Shown here: piece after piece, positions 27,057 to 40,600 of the stretch
Layout: each line of letters starts with the position of its first letter
How positions within the stretch are numbered: position 1 is the first letter of the stretch
NCBI GenBank assembly: GCA_964016885.1
Contig: OZ024742.1
Span: 263,996,001 to 264,060,000, forward strand
DNA: 64,000 nucleotides
From: Eledone cirrhosa
Lineage: Eukaryota
Direction: 5' to 3'
Notes under the pieces: model-generated
What the model was told of the DNA's origin: nothing
Databases searched by the model: none
What the model saw: the letters and a program-made list of their open reading frames with translations, nothing else
Translations under genes and position numbers: made by a program

Positions 27057-29095
27057 CCAACAACAGCAGCAAGAACGACAACACCAACAACAAGAGCAAC
27101 AGAGGCACCACCTTTGCTACAGCAGCAGCAAAAACAAAGAGCTTATTGAATATTGATATTAGCGATAAAGACGAACAGTTGGCCCAGGCGTGGAGGTTAA
27201 TTAAACGGGAGAAGTCCTGGGAAAACCTGACCATCTCGGACGAGGCAATAGCGGCCATGCAAAGGAGGACCATGTACTTTCGATGCATTTCGGTGCAGAC
27301 ACGCAAAGTGGAACTTGCCAGCCAAGCAGAGGCCGAGGCTGCTTTAGAGTGCATCGGAAGTGACATAGAGTATAAAGCAAGGGCCAAACAATTCGGTACC
27401 ATCTCGGTACTGTTCAAAACCGAGGCCTTTGCTATTAAGCACTCGGTAACCCCCTGCAGAACGGAACGCATTACCATGCACCCGTCCTACATGGGTAAAA
27501 TGACAGTAAAGGTCCGCATTCCCAGTATCCCACCAGAAATGAACATATGGTGGCTCCTGGGATGCGTAATCGAGGAAGAGACAGACACTACCCTCCTGGA
27601 TATCAAAAGGACAGAGAGAGAAGACTGGTCCGGAATGGATTTGGAGATTCTTCTCCAAATGAAACCAGAGGACATGAAAAACAGCCCGGATTTTGCCCGC
27701 CTGCAGGACGGGTCAACAATCCAACTAATCACTGAGGGAAGAAGGCCACACTGCTTCGTCTGCGGGGAAGCAACGCATCTACAAGCCTTCTGCCCTCAGC
27801 GCAAACATGCAGGGGGTCGCAAACCTCCTTTGTTGCCAACGCCAGTGTTAGCACAAAAAGCTGCACCACCACCACCAAAAACAACACAAACAAAGACACG
27901 GATACCAACATCAAAAACAGCCGGACCACCACCAACACCGAAACCAAACCAAGGGGAAAACGAGGAAAGCTCTCCTACTCCCCCTACCCCCTAATTATAC
28001 ACATAGACAAAACAATAAGCACAGACACAGAGACACTCACAGACCCTTTGTCTTCCAGCAGCGAAGATGAAGGAAAACCCAAAAGTGCAAAAAAAACAGA
28101 GAAAACTCACAAAAGAAAAGCCCCAACAAAACACAAAAACATACACAACAAAAAATACAGACACCACTAACGCAAACACTTCCCCAATAACATCAGCCCC
28201 AACAGCAACATCGACACCACCCCCACAATCCCCGAAACGCAAACAACCTAAACAAACACAAGTACAAATAAACACACAAATACCTGAAATTGCAGACACC
28301 ATACCTACAACAAACACAGACATACCTGAAACAACACCACAAAAACCATCACCACCACAGTTACCAAAACGAAAACAAATAAAACCACACAAACAAAATG
28401 TTAAAAACTTCGTGCTTGTCAGAGAAGGGCCAACGATAAACTGATGGCCCTCTAACCACGAAGCGAGGACATTCAAACAGAAGGGGAGATTTTTGAAATG
28501 AGCACATTTTGCATGCCAGAAGATTTGCTTCTGGTCCGAATGTCATTCGATTCCTTCAAAGAAATTCGGGAGAGCTTTCCTCAAGACGTGGGAACCCCGA
28601 ATGTGAAACCCACTTCGAGACTTTTAAAGGGGTTCCCAAAAGAAACCCCACCAACCTTGGAAGTCGAACCATCCGACCTTCACAAGATCCCGGGAGGTAA
28701 GTAAACCTTCCCTCACTCTTTTAGCTTGCCAGCATGGCCATATTAAGAGTAGGAACGGACCGGTAAAGTTGCTCGGGGTTTGGTTCGGACCAGACCTCCA
28801 GGTCGAAAAGAATTGGGACGAGGTAACGAGCAGAGTAGCCAGTCTCACCCAAAAATGGGCTGGGAGGAAGCTATCACTGAAAGGTCGCGCGGAGGTGGCG
28901 AATGCGTAAATCGCGTCCATCATCTACTACCGCCTGACCGTCGTGCCTTGCACCCGTCCGCGCCTCGTCAAGTTGGAACGGCTCCTCTTCAAATTCTTGT
29001 GGAGGGGACAAGTTCCATTGGTGAGGCGGTCCATCTGCTGCCAGCACCCTCTACGCGGAGGGCTGGGCAAGCCGTGCCTAATGATGCACAGACAT
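26490..29095 (+). mobile_element. Tx1/L1-type LINE: ORF1 (gag-like, CCHC knuckle) joined directly to a post-RT segment
   Basis: ORF 27146-27994 contains EGRRPHCFVCGEATHLQAFCP. From ~28755 the sequence reads GPVKLLGVWFGPDLQVEKNWDEV...KLSLKGRAEVANA. APE and RT are absent. Confidence 0.85.
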
Positions 29096-29551
29096 GTAAA
29101 ATAAGTTGGATTACTTTGAATAAATAATGAATGAATATTACATAATTTATCCTCGAAATTTCGTGGCAGTTCATTAAATATATTTTATTATTTATTTAAA
29201 GATTTACATCTTCAACATTTTCAAATGTCAACACTTCCGGTGGCGATCGCTTAAATAAATATTCATATATTTCCGTCACTAATTTACTCCTAATGCAGTT
29301 TATATATAATATCGTCTTTTTTTTTTTAATGTATCATGGATTACATTACTGATTAAATAAGATAGTGTAACACAGTCTTCGTTCAGTTTCTGTGTATATT
29401 GTCAATTACGATTTTATTTGATGTATCATATCTACATGCATATATACTTGCATAACATATCAATATACACACGACACATACTAGCAGAAAACCACTGCTA
29501 GTTTATTAGTAATAAAATATAACGTACAGTAACTAAACATTATTTACTTGA

Positions 29552-29730
29552 GGGCGGTGGATTGGCTGTATCGGTAGAGGGTCGGACGCCATGCTCTGAC
29601 GCATAGAGTTACGGCCCTTGCCATTCTGAATTCAAATCCCGCCGAGGTTAACTTTGCCTTTCATCCTTAAAATAAAGTACCAGTAATACACTGGGTTATT
29701 GCTGGCCTTGTCCCAAAAGTAGAAACAATT
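29552..29730 (+). mobile_element. Full-length SINE with 13-bp TSD
   Basis: A and B boxes plus core with a short deletion. TSD attatttacttga at 29539-29551 and 29728-29740. Confidence 0.9.
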
Positions 29731-30094
29731 ATTTACTTGACTCTTAAAACCTAATGCGCGTATATTAGACTCTAAAATAACATTATAGGAATACAACTAG
29801 AAGGTATAAATTTAATCATACTTATTAATTGAAGTAACAAGAATTTTAAGAATAGCATTAATAGAGCATATTTAAAAAAAAACAACACAAAAATTATGGA
29901 AGGTTTATTCAGTAATGAATTCCTAATTGTTAATAAACTAAATTAGAAGTTAAGGCACGTAAAACAAATTCAACTACATATATATATACATAGGCATATA
30001 TCCACCTATATACTTACAGAATATACACATTTTCATGATTCCCAACTGACATACCCACATACATACTTACCTATCTGCATACATATATAGTTAT

Positions 30095-30188
<94 letters not shown>

Positions 30189-31859
30189 ACCTATATAGGT
30201 GTGTGTAGAGCTACAATGTGGTTATAAAACAAAAATTAAAAGTTCAAGGCATTTAATCACTGACAATTGTTTCTTTCCATAGTAATATACCACAAACAAC
30301 AAAATATTTGCTATTAGTTAGCATAAACCATAGTGGTCATCAGAGTTTAATTAAAATCCAAAACGATTAATGAAATATCAATATAAATCATTCAAATATA
30401 TTAATATCAAAATATTAATATCTAATTAAATCGTAGTTCAAATAATATGGTGCCAGTTGTATTAAAATACTTAAAAGATATTTCGAAGAATTGTAATTTT
30501 CCAAAAATGAATTGGAATTTATACAGTTTTATCAAAGCAATATTCATTGTTTGTAAGGAAAATCCATCGAATTTAACAGGGTTAAAGTTGAAAGATATCT
30601 ACTGCAGACCTAACATTATATCAGGAACCATGAAGTGAATATATATATATATATATGTCCAATGTCCAATGGGTCAAGTATAGATTAAAATTGGCACTCC
30701 CAAAAATTCTTATTTAGATAAAATAAACCATTTACTCATTGTATTCTCATTAGAAACCCTTTATATACTTGTTTAGCAGTAAATTGAATTACCATCTGTC
30801 ATATACTATCCCCTCTCTTCTTCCTCTATTACTAATATAAATACTTCAATCTTTCTGATTTTATCCAATTTATCCAAAATCTCTGAAGAAGTGACAACTG
30901 ATTATACATTTGCTATCGAATACTTGCTAACATTATATGATTACGCAAGCAGCGATACATAGGTATTCCGTCTGTTACAGAAACATATGTCAATACCTAA
31001 TAAATTCCTTTTTTAAAAAAAGCACTTTCATTTTATATTCATCTTTTCTATATATACATATATATATATTAGTGTTTAAGTTGTTACAGAGATGTTATAC
31101 CTACTATACTAATTATTAAATAATCGATAATATTTAACTATATGTAAGAAGAATATATTAATATCAAAATAAATAAATATTTATGTATTTCAGGATATTA
31201 ATTGAGAAATTAAAGGGGGGTAATTTATGAGTTGAACCAAAGTAGACTTAATTTTACATTATCTAAATATTATTGCTAAGTACATATATTTGAATTACTA
31301 TATGTTAAACATTTACTCTTATATAAAGGATATTTTATATAAGCAGAGATATAAGTTTGTGAGGTGTTTAAGAAAATTAATACATTATAATGAAATATAA
31401 TTTATTTAGTTCAAACCTAAAGGTGATAACATGAGAAAAGTTAATCTATTATATTGAATAAATTAATATATCTTGTTAAAAATGTATCAGTATCTTTTTC
31501 AATATATAAATGTGGGAGACTACATATAGATTATTACAATGTAATGAATTTAACATAAAAATCAAGTGTTAGTTGAAGTATAAAAACATAGTTGAATTTA
31601 TTTGCTTATGCTAAATCCCTGTCTAATATACGTATATTTATCCTCTGAAACTATAAACATTATGGCACCGAATAGAATGAAGCATCCTCGGCAATTATAT
31701 TTAAGTATTTATAATTATTAATGTAAAAACGTAGAGGTTAGATAAGATAGTATATTAATTAAACAAATGTGTCATATAATCTATATAACCATTAAGAAGG
31801 ATTCAGTTGAAGTAAAGGGTTGTTAATTAACATTGTTGGGTTTGTTATAGTTAAACGAT

Positions 31860-33810
31860 TGTAGGTTTTTATGGGGGCAAGGGGAAAAGACTCTGATTTC
31901 TTATTTAAAAGGTTAGCTTTAGAATTAAGGATTAGTTGAGATTCAAGGAGGCATAATCAACATATTCTATTGTTAGGTTTATACGCGGAGGATCAACCTA
32001 ATATTTCCCAATTCAATGTATATGGTATGTTCATATTTTTAATTCCCAGAGAAAACTAGTTAATGATGTCATATGTTTTAATTTAGGTTTTCTAAAAGAA
32101 TGAAGATGGGAATTAAATCTTGTTTAGAAACTATTTGAGATAGCTCCTATGTAAAGTTTAGACTTTCGAGATATGTTAACTGTGCAAATATATACTCTAT
32201 TACGGCTAATTGGGCATGGTGCCTTATATAGAGTTAAAATTTGGATTAATTATAGAGTTAGTGTGAGGGATTGTAGATCTTAGGATAATACTATTAATTT
32301 TAATATTACTGTTGCTGCGGGTGTTAATATCATTTATAGATTTAGATGTAATTTGAATGTTATTCATATTACCAGGTAGTGGGTTATTGATATTATCACT
32401 TTAAAGATTATTTGGGTTGGATGTATTCAATAGCTGTGTGTTTTTATTCATTTTAAATGATTTGGATTTTTTAAAATTTTCCTATTGTTACTAAAAGTCA
32501 ATTGTGCGGCTATATTAGGTGTGGTTGAGAATGAGATTTTAATCGTGTTTATGGTATCTATGTCCAGGTGGAAAGTTTCTATCTATTATAGTGACAAAGA
32601 GCTTAGGTATCTTAGTAGATATATTTAAACTAAATGGTGAGATAAAAATGTGTTTAATCGCCTGCGATTTATTTTTATTGTTTTTATTTTGGCTTATGAT
32701 TATATTATTACATTAGTTAATGATGTGTATAGATATATCAGTGGTTTCAGGTGGTTTATATTTAGTGTTCATGTTATGCTGAGTTATAGGTTTTATGTGA
32801 GGATTAAAGAGTTTAGGTATATGTGTGTTTATTTTATTGTTCCTAATATATTTTTCACTATTTGTTTGGTGTTTGTGTAATCTTATCATTTCTATGGTTA
32901 TATAGCTCATTATTATGATGTTTCAATCCAGACTTTTTCATTGCCATATTGTATATTATATTACGTGGCCTACTCTCATGTACACTACCATTTATATATC
33001 TAATTTAATCAGTGTGGCCAGGCTGAGATAAAGTGTCATTATAATATGAAGTATTTTGGTTAAAGACAGTTTCGTTATAAGTCAAAATGCTAATTCTATT
33101 AGATACACATTTAAGTCTTACTTTAGGGTGACTTGATTTCTTATCAACGTAGAAGAGTTACTCGCTTGATTTATGATACGGCCTGTAAGTACCTGTTTGG
33201 AGATCTAAAGTTACATCTAAGAAATTGACTATTTCAGTATTTACATGGTTACCTAGGTTATTAGTTTTAAAGAGTTAATCAAGTCCTTTCTAGTTCTTTC
33301 TATGTTATGTTTTTTAAACTCTAAAGCAAAAACTGCATCATAGTATTACTATGGGACAAAGACTAGGAGAATACTCCTTGAGAGAATGAAAAAAACTGTT
33401 GCGGTCGAATTTAACCGGCTTCTGACAGCTTCTTGCAGCCGAGAGAAAGCACTAGTAATCTTGGTTCACCTTTGCCAGTGAATGTATGTTCTTCATTACA
33501 AAGAAAGGAATACTTGGAAATACGTAACCACGAGGAAAATAAAAAGCTTCAATGCACATATGTTTTCTCCTGCAATCTTTGATCCCAGTGATGCTCGCTG
33601 GTCCACATTGAATCTTTTCGTTCGTGAGTACACGGTAGTTATTTAATTGACACGAACGTTAGTAGATGCATCCCCCATTGTTGCTACTCTTGAAGTCATC
33701 GAGGAAATACTACTGAAGAAGAAAATGGATTAGGATTGCTAAAGGATCTACAATTGAAGGGGAAGATAATCATCGTCGAATTCGACGGACAGTCTTAAAA
33801 AGGTAAGCTC
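31860..33810 (-). mobile_element. Decayed Penelope-like element (RT plus GIY-YIG), absent from the ORF track
   Basis: Manual translation: PYHKSSE*LFYVDKKSSHPK; IIDRNFPPGHRYH..TIKISFSTTPNI; LYIGAISNSF*TRFNSHLHSFRKPKLKHMTSLTSFLWELK...WEILG...IC*LCLLES...LLNKKSE...CPHK. Confidence 0.85.
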
Positions 33811-34099
33811 ACGGGTGTAAAATTGTGCGCGGAGTTGTGTTACTCTACGGAAAAATGTAACTTAGCTATTCATTAGAGTTCGATAAAATAATAACGAGAC
33901 TAAAATAATTACTGTCATCGACAAAGAAAAAAGAAAAAAAAGAAAAAAGCATGGAAAGCGGTGCCCCAGTGAGGCATCAGTCCAATGAATGAAACTAGTA
34001 AAAAGAAGTAATTCTGATCAGATTTACTGGCTTTCACCTAAGATTGATGAGGAGCCGAAGCAGTACAGATCTACCGTTACCGTTACCGATTGACTTAAA

Positions 34100-34140
34100 T
34101 CTAGCTGATGATCCGAATAAGGCGAAACAATTGTTCTCGG
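34100..34140 (+). ncRNA. Minimal type I hammerhead motif
   Basis: tctag-CTGATGA-tcc gaataa ggc-GAAA-caattg-T-T-ctcgg with palindromic ACAATTGT stem III. About 70 bp of homology with 1376-1447. Confidence 0.75.
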
Positions 34141-34853
34141 TATGGTGAACTAACTGTTAGGGAACTACTTCTATCAAACTTGTCCCATGGACTGAGTGCT
34201 CTACTACTACTACTACAGATATAACCCACCGGCGTTCTACTATTACACACACACACACATACACACACATATATATATATATATTCCGATGATAGCACTT
34301 ATTCCCTATTGGATTTTGCTTTGCTGATTATATTTACTCAACATTAATTCCTTTGAATAGTTTGATTATTGATTATAACACTTTAACCTATATTTGATGT
34401 TTATTTTGCTGACTACACTCATCCGACATTATTACTTTTGAAAAATAATAGTTTATCTTTTTATTAAAATATATTTTGGAGATGTATTTTTATATTCTTA
34501 AATTCATATTTGAACTGCACACCTGCTCTTATTAACTTTATAAACTTTTGTAATGCTTATGATATATGTTTATTTACTAATTATGATATATATCCTGCAC
34601 TATAATTAATTTCTTTATAGCAGCTTGTTTCTCTATACCAGCATGTTTTAAACATTTTCAATGCTTTTAGCTGCACCTAATTTCATTTTATTGCATTTAT
34701 ATTCTCATATTTTTCATATGCTTCTTCTACCTTTGCTATCTTCTCTTATATAAATGTTGATATTTATGCTTGCTTTCTTCCCATATTATGTATCCTCAAA
34801 ATGTTCTTAAGACAGACTTCTGATATTATATTTGTGTTTTAACCTGTATTATA

Positions 34854-34900
34854 TACTCCGATGATTCCAGCCTTGTGTTAAGATGAAACGACCGTAAGTG
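34854..34900 (+). ncRNA. Degenerate hammerhead motif in a PLE-type terminal sequence
   Basis: tact-CCGATGA-...-GAAA-cgaccg-T-A-agtg. U4 is changed to C and stem II is weak. Confidence 0.55.
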
Positions 34901-35019
34901 ATTAAATATGCTAAACTCTCTTTGATTGTTGTTTATAAAGTATTTCGGCTCTGTACTATACCTATTATTTTACATTGAGCTATTCTCATACTTGTAATTG
35001 GATAATATTTAATATTACC

Positions 35020-35082
<63 letters not shown>

Positions 35083-35084
<2 letters not shown>

Positions 35085-35194
35085 GTAAATAAACCAAAGA
35101 AGCCTTCAATACATCAAAAGTCTTTATTAGGACGAAACATTGTTGGCTAATAAAGACTTTTGATGTATTGAAGGCTTCTTTGGTTTATTTACAT
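35083..35194. repeat. Perfect 48-bp inverted repeat with a 16-nt loop holding a GAAAC hammerhead remnant
   Basis: 35083-35130 is the exact reverse complement of 35147-35194; loop gacgaaacattgttgg. Confidence 0.92.
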
Positions 35195-35425
35195 AATTCT
35201 TCGGCTCTGTTTAATTACATTGAGCTATATCTTTACTGTCATTTCTATAATATGAAGAGGGTGTTTAACTCCAACACACTCTAGTATTTTAATCCTTATA
35301 TACATATGCATACTAGTATTTCAGTATACATATGTGGATGTACATTTTTAACTTAATTGTTTAAGCGTCAGTCATACAAAAGTGAGTTACAAACGAAACG
35401 AAATTTAATTTCGTTTCGTTATTTG

Positions 35426-35478
<53 letters not shown>

Positions 35479-35480
<2 letters not shown>

Positions 35481-35931
35481 TAGAGCTGAAAAATACGCAA
35501 GCTCAAATGACCCACAGAATGTTGTAATAAACCTTCAAAAGTGTGGGACTAGAGTTGTTGCTAAAAAATATTGTAATCATTATCTATCGTACACTCTGTG
35601 GCATCCTTTTATAAAAAAAAAAGGAACTCATAACGAACTCAAGACGACACGATAATTATTTAAGCTAATGTTCAATATCTCATATTCGATGTTTAGTAAG
35701 GATTAATAGGAAATGTACTTAAACCGAATTCTATATTATAAATTCACTTAGATAATTATCGTGTCGTTTTGAGTTCGTTATGAGTCTCTTTTTTTATAAA
35801 AGGATGCCACAGAGTGTACGATAGATAATGATTACACAATATTTTTGAGCAACAACTCTAGCCCCACACTTTTGAAGGTTTATTATAACATTCTGTGGCT
35901 CTTTTGAGCTTGCGCATTTTTCAGGTCTAGT
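35479..35931. mobile_element. Foldback MITE-like element with ~185-bp terminal inverted repeats
   Basis: 35479-~35664 is the reverse complement (with scattered mismatches) of ~35748-35931, around an ~80-bp spacer. No ORF. Confidence 0.8.
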
Positions 35932-37604
35932 TTAATATTTTTTAAGGCAACGCTTGTAATAACTCTAGTTAAACATGATATATATTAATAATAAATTATC
36001 GTTGTAATGTAATTAGATTATATAATTGTTATTTTATAAATGAACTTATAAATATTATTGTAAGATGTATAAAAATATTTTCTTGACTTTTAATATAAAC
36101 AACTACAAAAAACAATCAATATTAAATAAATATATTTTACATAATAATTGTTATAGTTGAATTAATAAAAATTAAATATTACATACAAATAGTCTAACAT
36201 AATAATAAAAAAATAATCTAACATAAAACGAACAATAATATGGACAAATATACAAGTAAATATGATACAACCAATATTATAAGCATCTTATAACGAACTG
36301 AAAAAAAAAGTTAATATAAATTAAAAAAATCATATATATATTAACAATATAACTTACCAAAACGAGAAAAATATTTTGATGATAAACGACGAAATACAGG
36401 AGGAACATTCGAAAGCGAAACGATAAATAAACGTACAAACAAAATGGCGGATGTTTTTGAGCAACAATTACTCTCGTTGGTTAATTAGCCAATAAGACGA
36501 TGAAATTAGCCAATAAGACGATACATTACAAAACATGTTAGGCAGCGATCATCACCACGGCCAGCAACACCCCTTGAATCTTTTATTCAGAGCTACGCAT
36601 ATATGTCAGACACGCAGAATTAAACCATTCTGTTGTTAGTCACTGCGTGTCTAACAGATATACATATATAAACACGCGCACACACTCACACATATATACA
36701 TTTCCATTAGAAGTATTGTATTCCAAAGGGTATTTTATGAGAAAAAATATTCAAAGACAAAGTCATTTAAAATTCTCACATATTTATTACGTTACTTTCG
36801 TATTCAACGTGAATGAAAGAAAACACTCCATTTAACATAAATTATATCGAAGGACTACGTAGATGCTCATTTCATGACGTGCATGGGAAGGATGGTGATA
36901 GCCCTAAAGGTGTTGTTGAAGTCTATATTTTATTTTTCCTATTGGATGGTCCTGGGTGTCTTTTGAAAATGAACTAACAATCAATAGTATTTGCGACGCA
37001 TGGTAGCTATTGGATGACAAAAGATGCTTGTGTGAATTTCGTCCAAGTAATTCATTAAATGTTCCATATGAGCGATAGGAAAATTATCAAGAGCTTTTCA
37101 AAAATTATCATGATTTAATTTAAATGTAGTTGCATTTAAATGTAAAGACCAAGTGTAGTATTTAGAATACTTACATTGTGTTCAATAGCTCAGAGATTTC
37201 GTATGACTATTGATAGTCGAGAAATTTCATACTATTGAGGCATATTTCATATAATCCTGTCTGGATAACGAACAGTTTCTCCATAAATTCTGTCTCTCTT
37301 ATATAACTACACAGATACAGACACAATCACAAATACACAAATACACAAATACACAAATACATTCTTAAGCTGAAGACTAAAAAGTGTCAGTTACAAATCT
37401 AGGTTGTGTTAAATCAGTATAATTATGAAAACGTTCTAACAGACATTGCCGTCGTCATATATATATATGTATGAATGTGTGTGTATGTGTGAGTGTGTCT
37501 ATGTGAGTGTGTCTGTGTGTGTGTGTGCATGTATGAACGCATATATATATATAATTGTGAAATCGTTCAACCAAACATTGGTGTCGTCATAAATAAGTAA
37601 TAGT

Positions 37605-40600
37605 AATAATAATAATAATGCTTTCTTTATTAACTACAAGGGTTGACATAAAGCATAATATTAAGGACGGTACAGGATGGTACAAATGGGCATTTCTGCA
37701 GGCAAAGAAAAATATCAATAACAAAGGAAGTAACAAAAAAAAAAATGCAACAAAAAAAATTTCCCAATATGGGGAAACCTCCGTGGGTCACTCGTGGAGA
37801 AAGCCCACAAAAAGACTCGGTGACCCTGATCACCAGGGCAAGTGCCCTCTATCAGTTTTCCACCTCCAATCTACAGGCGCATACGCAGAGAAGGCCTATT
37901 CACTCGGGCTATGTTCACCTCTCTCACCCATCTTTCAACAAATTGCTGGGAAGGGAGCACTTCTCTTTCCACCCTGAATCTCCTTTCCAAATGAAATTTG
38001 AAAAGGTTAATCAGGGTATCGCCGAAGGGGTAAGTGTTCGCCTTTCAAACGTGTCCTCCACACGACCTCTTTCGCCATGGACACCAGGCATATAAAAACT
38101 TCCCGCCCTTCCCGGCTGAAGGAAAGTGGCGGGGCAATCTCACGATGGACTCAGGTGATAGCCGGATTCATCTTACACGCGACAGCAGGTGCTCGATATA
38201 TCCCCACAAGTCAGCAATGCTTGGACACTGGAGGTGTGCGTGCAGGACTGTTTCATTGCCCTTCCCGCATCTCGGCTGATAGCACTTCCATGCCTCTAGA
38301 GTTTATCCCGAACTGGCAAAGCTCCTCGGTAGCACTGCCAGAACAGGTATTTCTGGAAGTTGTGCATGGACCCCGGCCCGAAAGTTCTCCCGAACAGATT
38401 TGCTAGTTGATTTTCGACGACACCCAGAGTCTCCCCAAAAATGTGGTCGCTCTTTTCCTCCATTAACCCTCTATAGAACGCCAATGTGGAGTTTCCACCG
38501 ATCGTATCACGTGCCTGGTCGAAACAAGATCCCAAGCAATTTAAATGGTTCGTCCGTCGAGCACCCGACGACGCTGTTGGACAGCATGCACCTGCCTCTC
38601 CAGGTGCCGACTTTTCCTGGTTAATCATTGCTCGAGTCACCACCTCGTATTCTCTTAGTGTAGTGCCGATCGCCTCGATGTGTTTGCCGCTCGAAACCAC
38701 TAGGGTGACGTCGTCGGCATATGCTGACACGGTTCCTCCGCATCTCAGTTCGCGCGGGACGCCCCTCAACTTCTCCAGTTTATGCAGTAATGGCTCGAGA
38801 GTCAATACGTACAGCAGGGACGAGAGGGAACATCCTTGGCAGACCGAGCGCATAATGTTGAACGGTTCCGAAAGGTGACCGGTCATTCTCACTACAGAGC
38901 AGATGTCGCTGTGCATGGTAGCGATAAAGCCTCTAAAGATGGGCCCAAATCCAGCTGCTTTCAGGACTGCCGCCAGATAACGATGATCGACCCTATTGAA
39001 AGCTTCCGACTGATCTAAACTGATCATCCGTGACACGTTCGTTAGCTACCCTCTACATGATCTATTGCATGAGGTGGAGGTTGTTGTGGATGGATGTCTG
39101 GAATGCGCCTCTCCCACCAGAGTACCGACGATTAGCGCTAACCTCTTTGCTAGGACCTTGGCCAAAATCTTGAACTCTGCGTTTAGCAGAGTTATGGGCC
39201 TGGAATTATCTATATTGTCCCCTTTGTTCAGGTCCTTTCTAAACAGCGCCACCGCTTTTCGGCTCACAGAGCTGGGAAAATCTCCCGTTCTGCTACCAGT
39301 TGCAGTAGACGTCTACCAAGAGGTCACCGAACAAATCTGGCATGTGTAGGTAAAGCTCGTAGGGCAGACATCCAAACCTGGCGATTTAACCATTGTGCAG
39401 TCAATCATTGCCTCCCGTATTTCAGCGGCTGTTATCGGCTTTTCAACACGCAACCTTAGTGGCCGAGAGCCAGCCGCGGCAGACCATCGTGGTAGGCACC
39501 AAAGTCCATCCTGCGATCCTGCCCGCCGGTGCTCCCGAACAGCTGAGCAAAGTGCCGCTGAAAAGCTGCATACATCTGCCCGGGATCGAGTAACATGCGC
39601 TCGTCTTTTTACTCCAAAAACCGGATTGTGGCTTTGTTGCCACGACGCGCCTCCGCCAATCGGGCCCATCGAACGGCTTTCGGCCTCTCGTATCTGAGAG
39701 CACGCACCCTAGCTCTGACAACACAGCCTTCCTACTTTGCGTTAAAGAATTGGTCGAGGGCTAATCTCGCCGCAAGCACGTCGGTCGCGATGCCTTTACT
39801 AAGCGCCTCGTATAGTTTTCTAACTAGTTTACCCTCTGCTCTGTTTTTCTCTATTGCTAACGCCTTACTAAACCTAATGGACTCCATTCTAATCGCCCTT
39901 TTCAGGGTGAACCACCATTTGTTGTTGACGATTGCCCCCGTCAACGCTTGCTTAACTAATTAGCTACTCAGGTCTCTGTAAGCTCTTCAAGCGGGGAATG
40001 AGGCATTGAGCTTCCAGTAACCAGGTCCTTGCCTATGGAGTCTATTTACGTCGATTTCAAATATCACAAATTTGTGGTCCGTGTAGTCGACTACTTTAAA
40101 TCGTGGACACCTTATGCTAGTCTTATTTACTTCCCTACAGAATACTCTGTCTAGATATGATCTGGATGATCCGATGCGGTTTGCCCATGTCCACATTGGC
40201 ACATTCGGGTAATCCAGTCGGTATCTGTCAGACAGTTGGAAACATAGGAGCAGGTTGGTGAGGCTTTTACACCCTCCTCCCTTATCTACTAACCCCACAT
40301 AGTCCCATCTAAGATACTGTTCCAATCTCCTACTAACACTAAAGGAAGGTTTCTAGAAGGTCTCTCTGTTGGGGCATAATCAGCCACTAGCCTGAAAGCA
40401 TAGCCATCGCTGCTGGTCATGTCCAGCCCCACCGACATAGCCTCTGGGTCCAGAAAGATGGTCTGTATAACGAGATTCAGGTCTTTCCGAAATAACACGG
40501 CGACTCCTCCTCCAGATCCCGGGCGGCTTAGAGATGCGTACACCTCGTAAGCACTGAGAATGGGCGCGAAGCACCATGCCTCCTAATTTCTGGTCTCACA

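Noticed and set aside
29552-29650. tRNA gene
   Set aside because: A and B boxes belong to the SINE head; no cloverleaf is seen and the copy has a TSD.
30200-31800. Possible host exons or transposase remnants in AT-rich DNA (also 36850-37300)
   Set aside because: No recognisable motif or exon structure by eye.
33951-34010. Hammerhead-like ...GAAACTAGTA motif (related to 54340-54390 minus)
   Set aside because: Lacks a CUGANGA-type core and looks like the end of another dispersed SINE-like repeat.
37366-37440. CTGAAGA...GAAAACGTTC hammerhead-like string
   Set aside because: No credible stem I or stem II.
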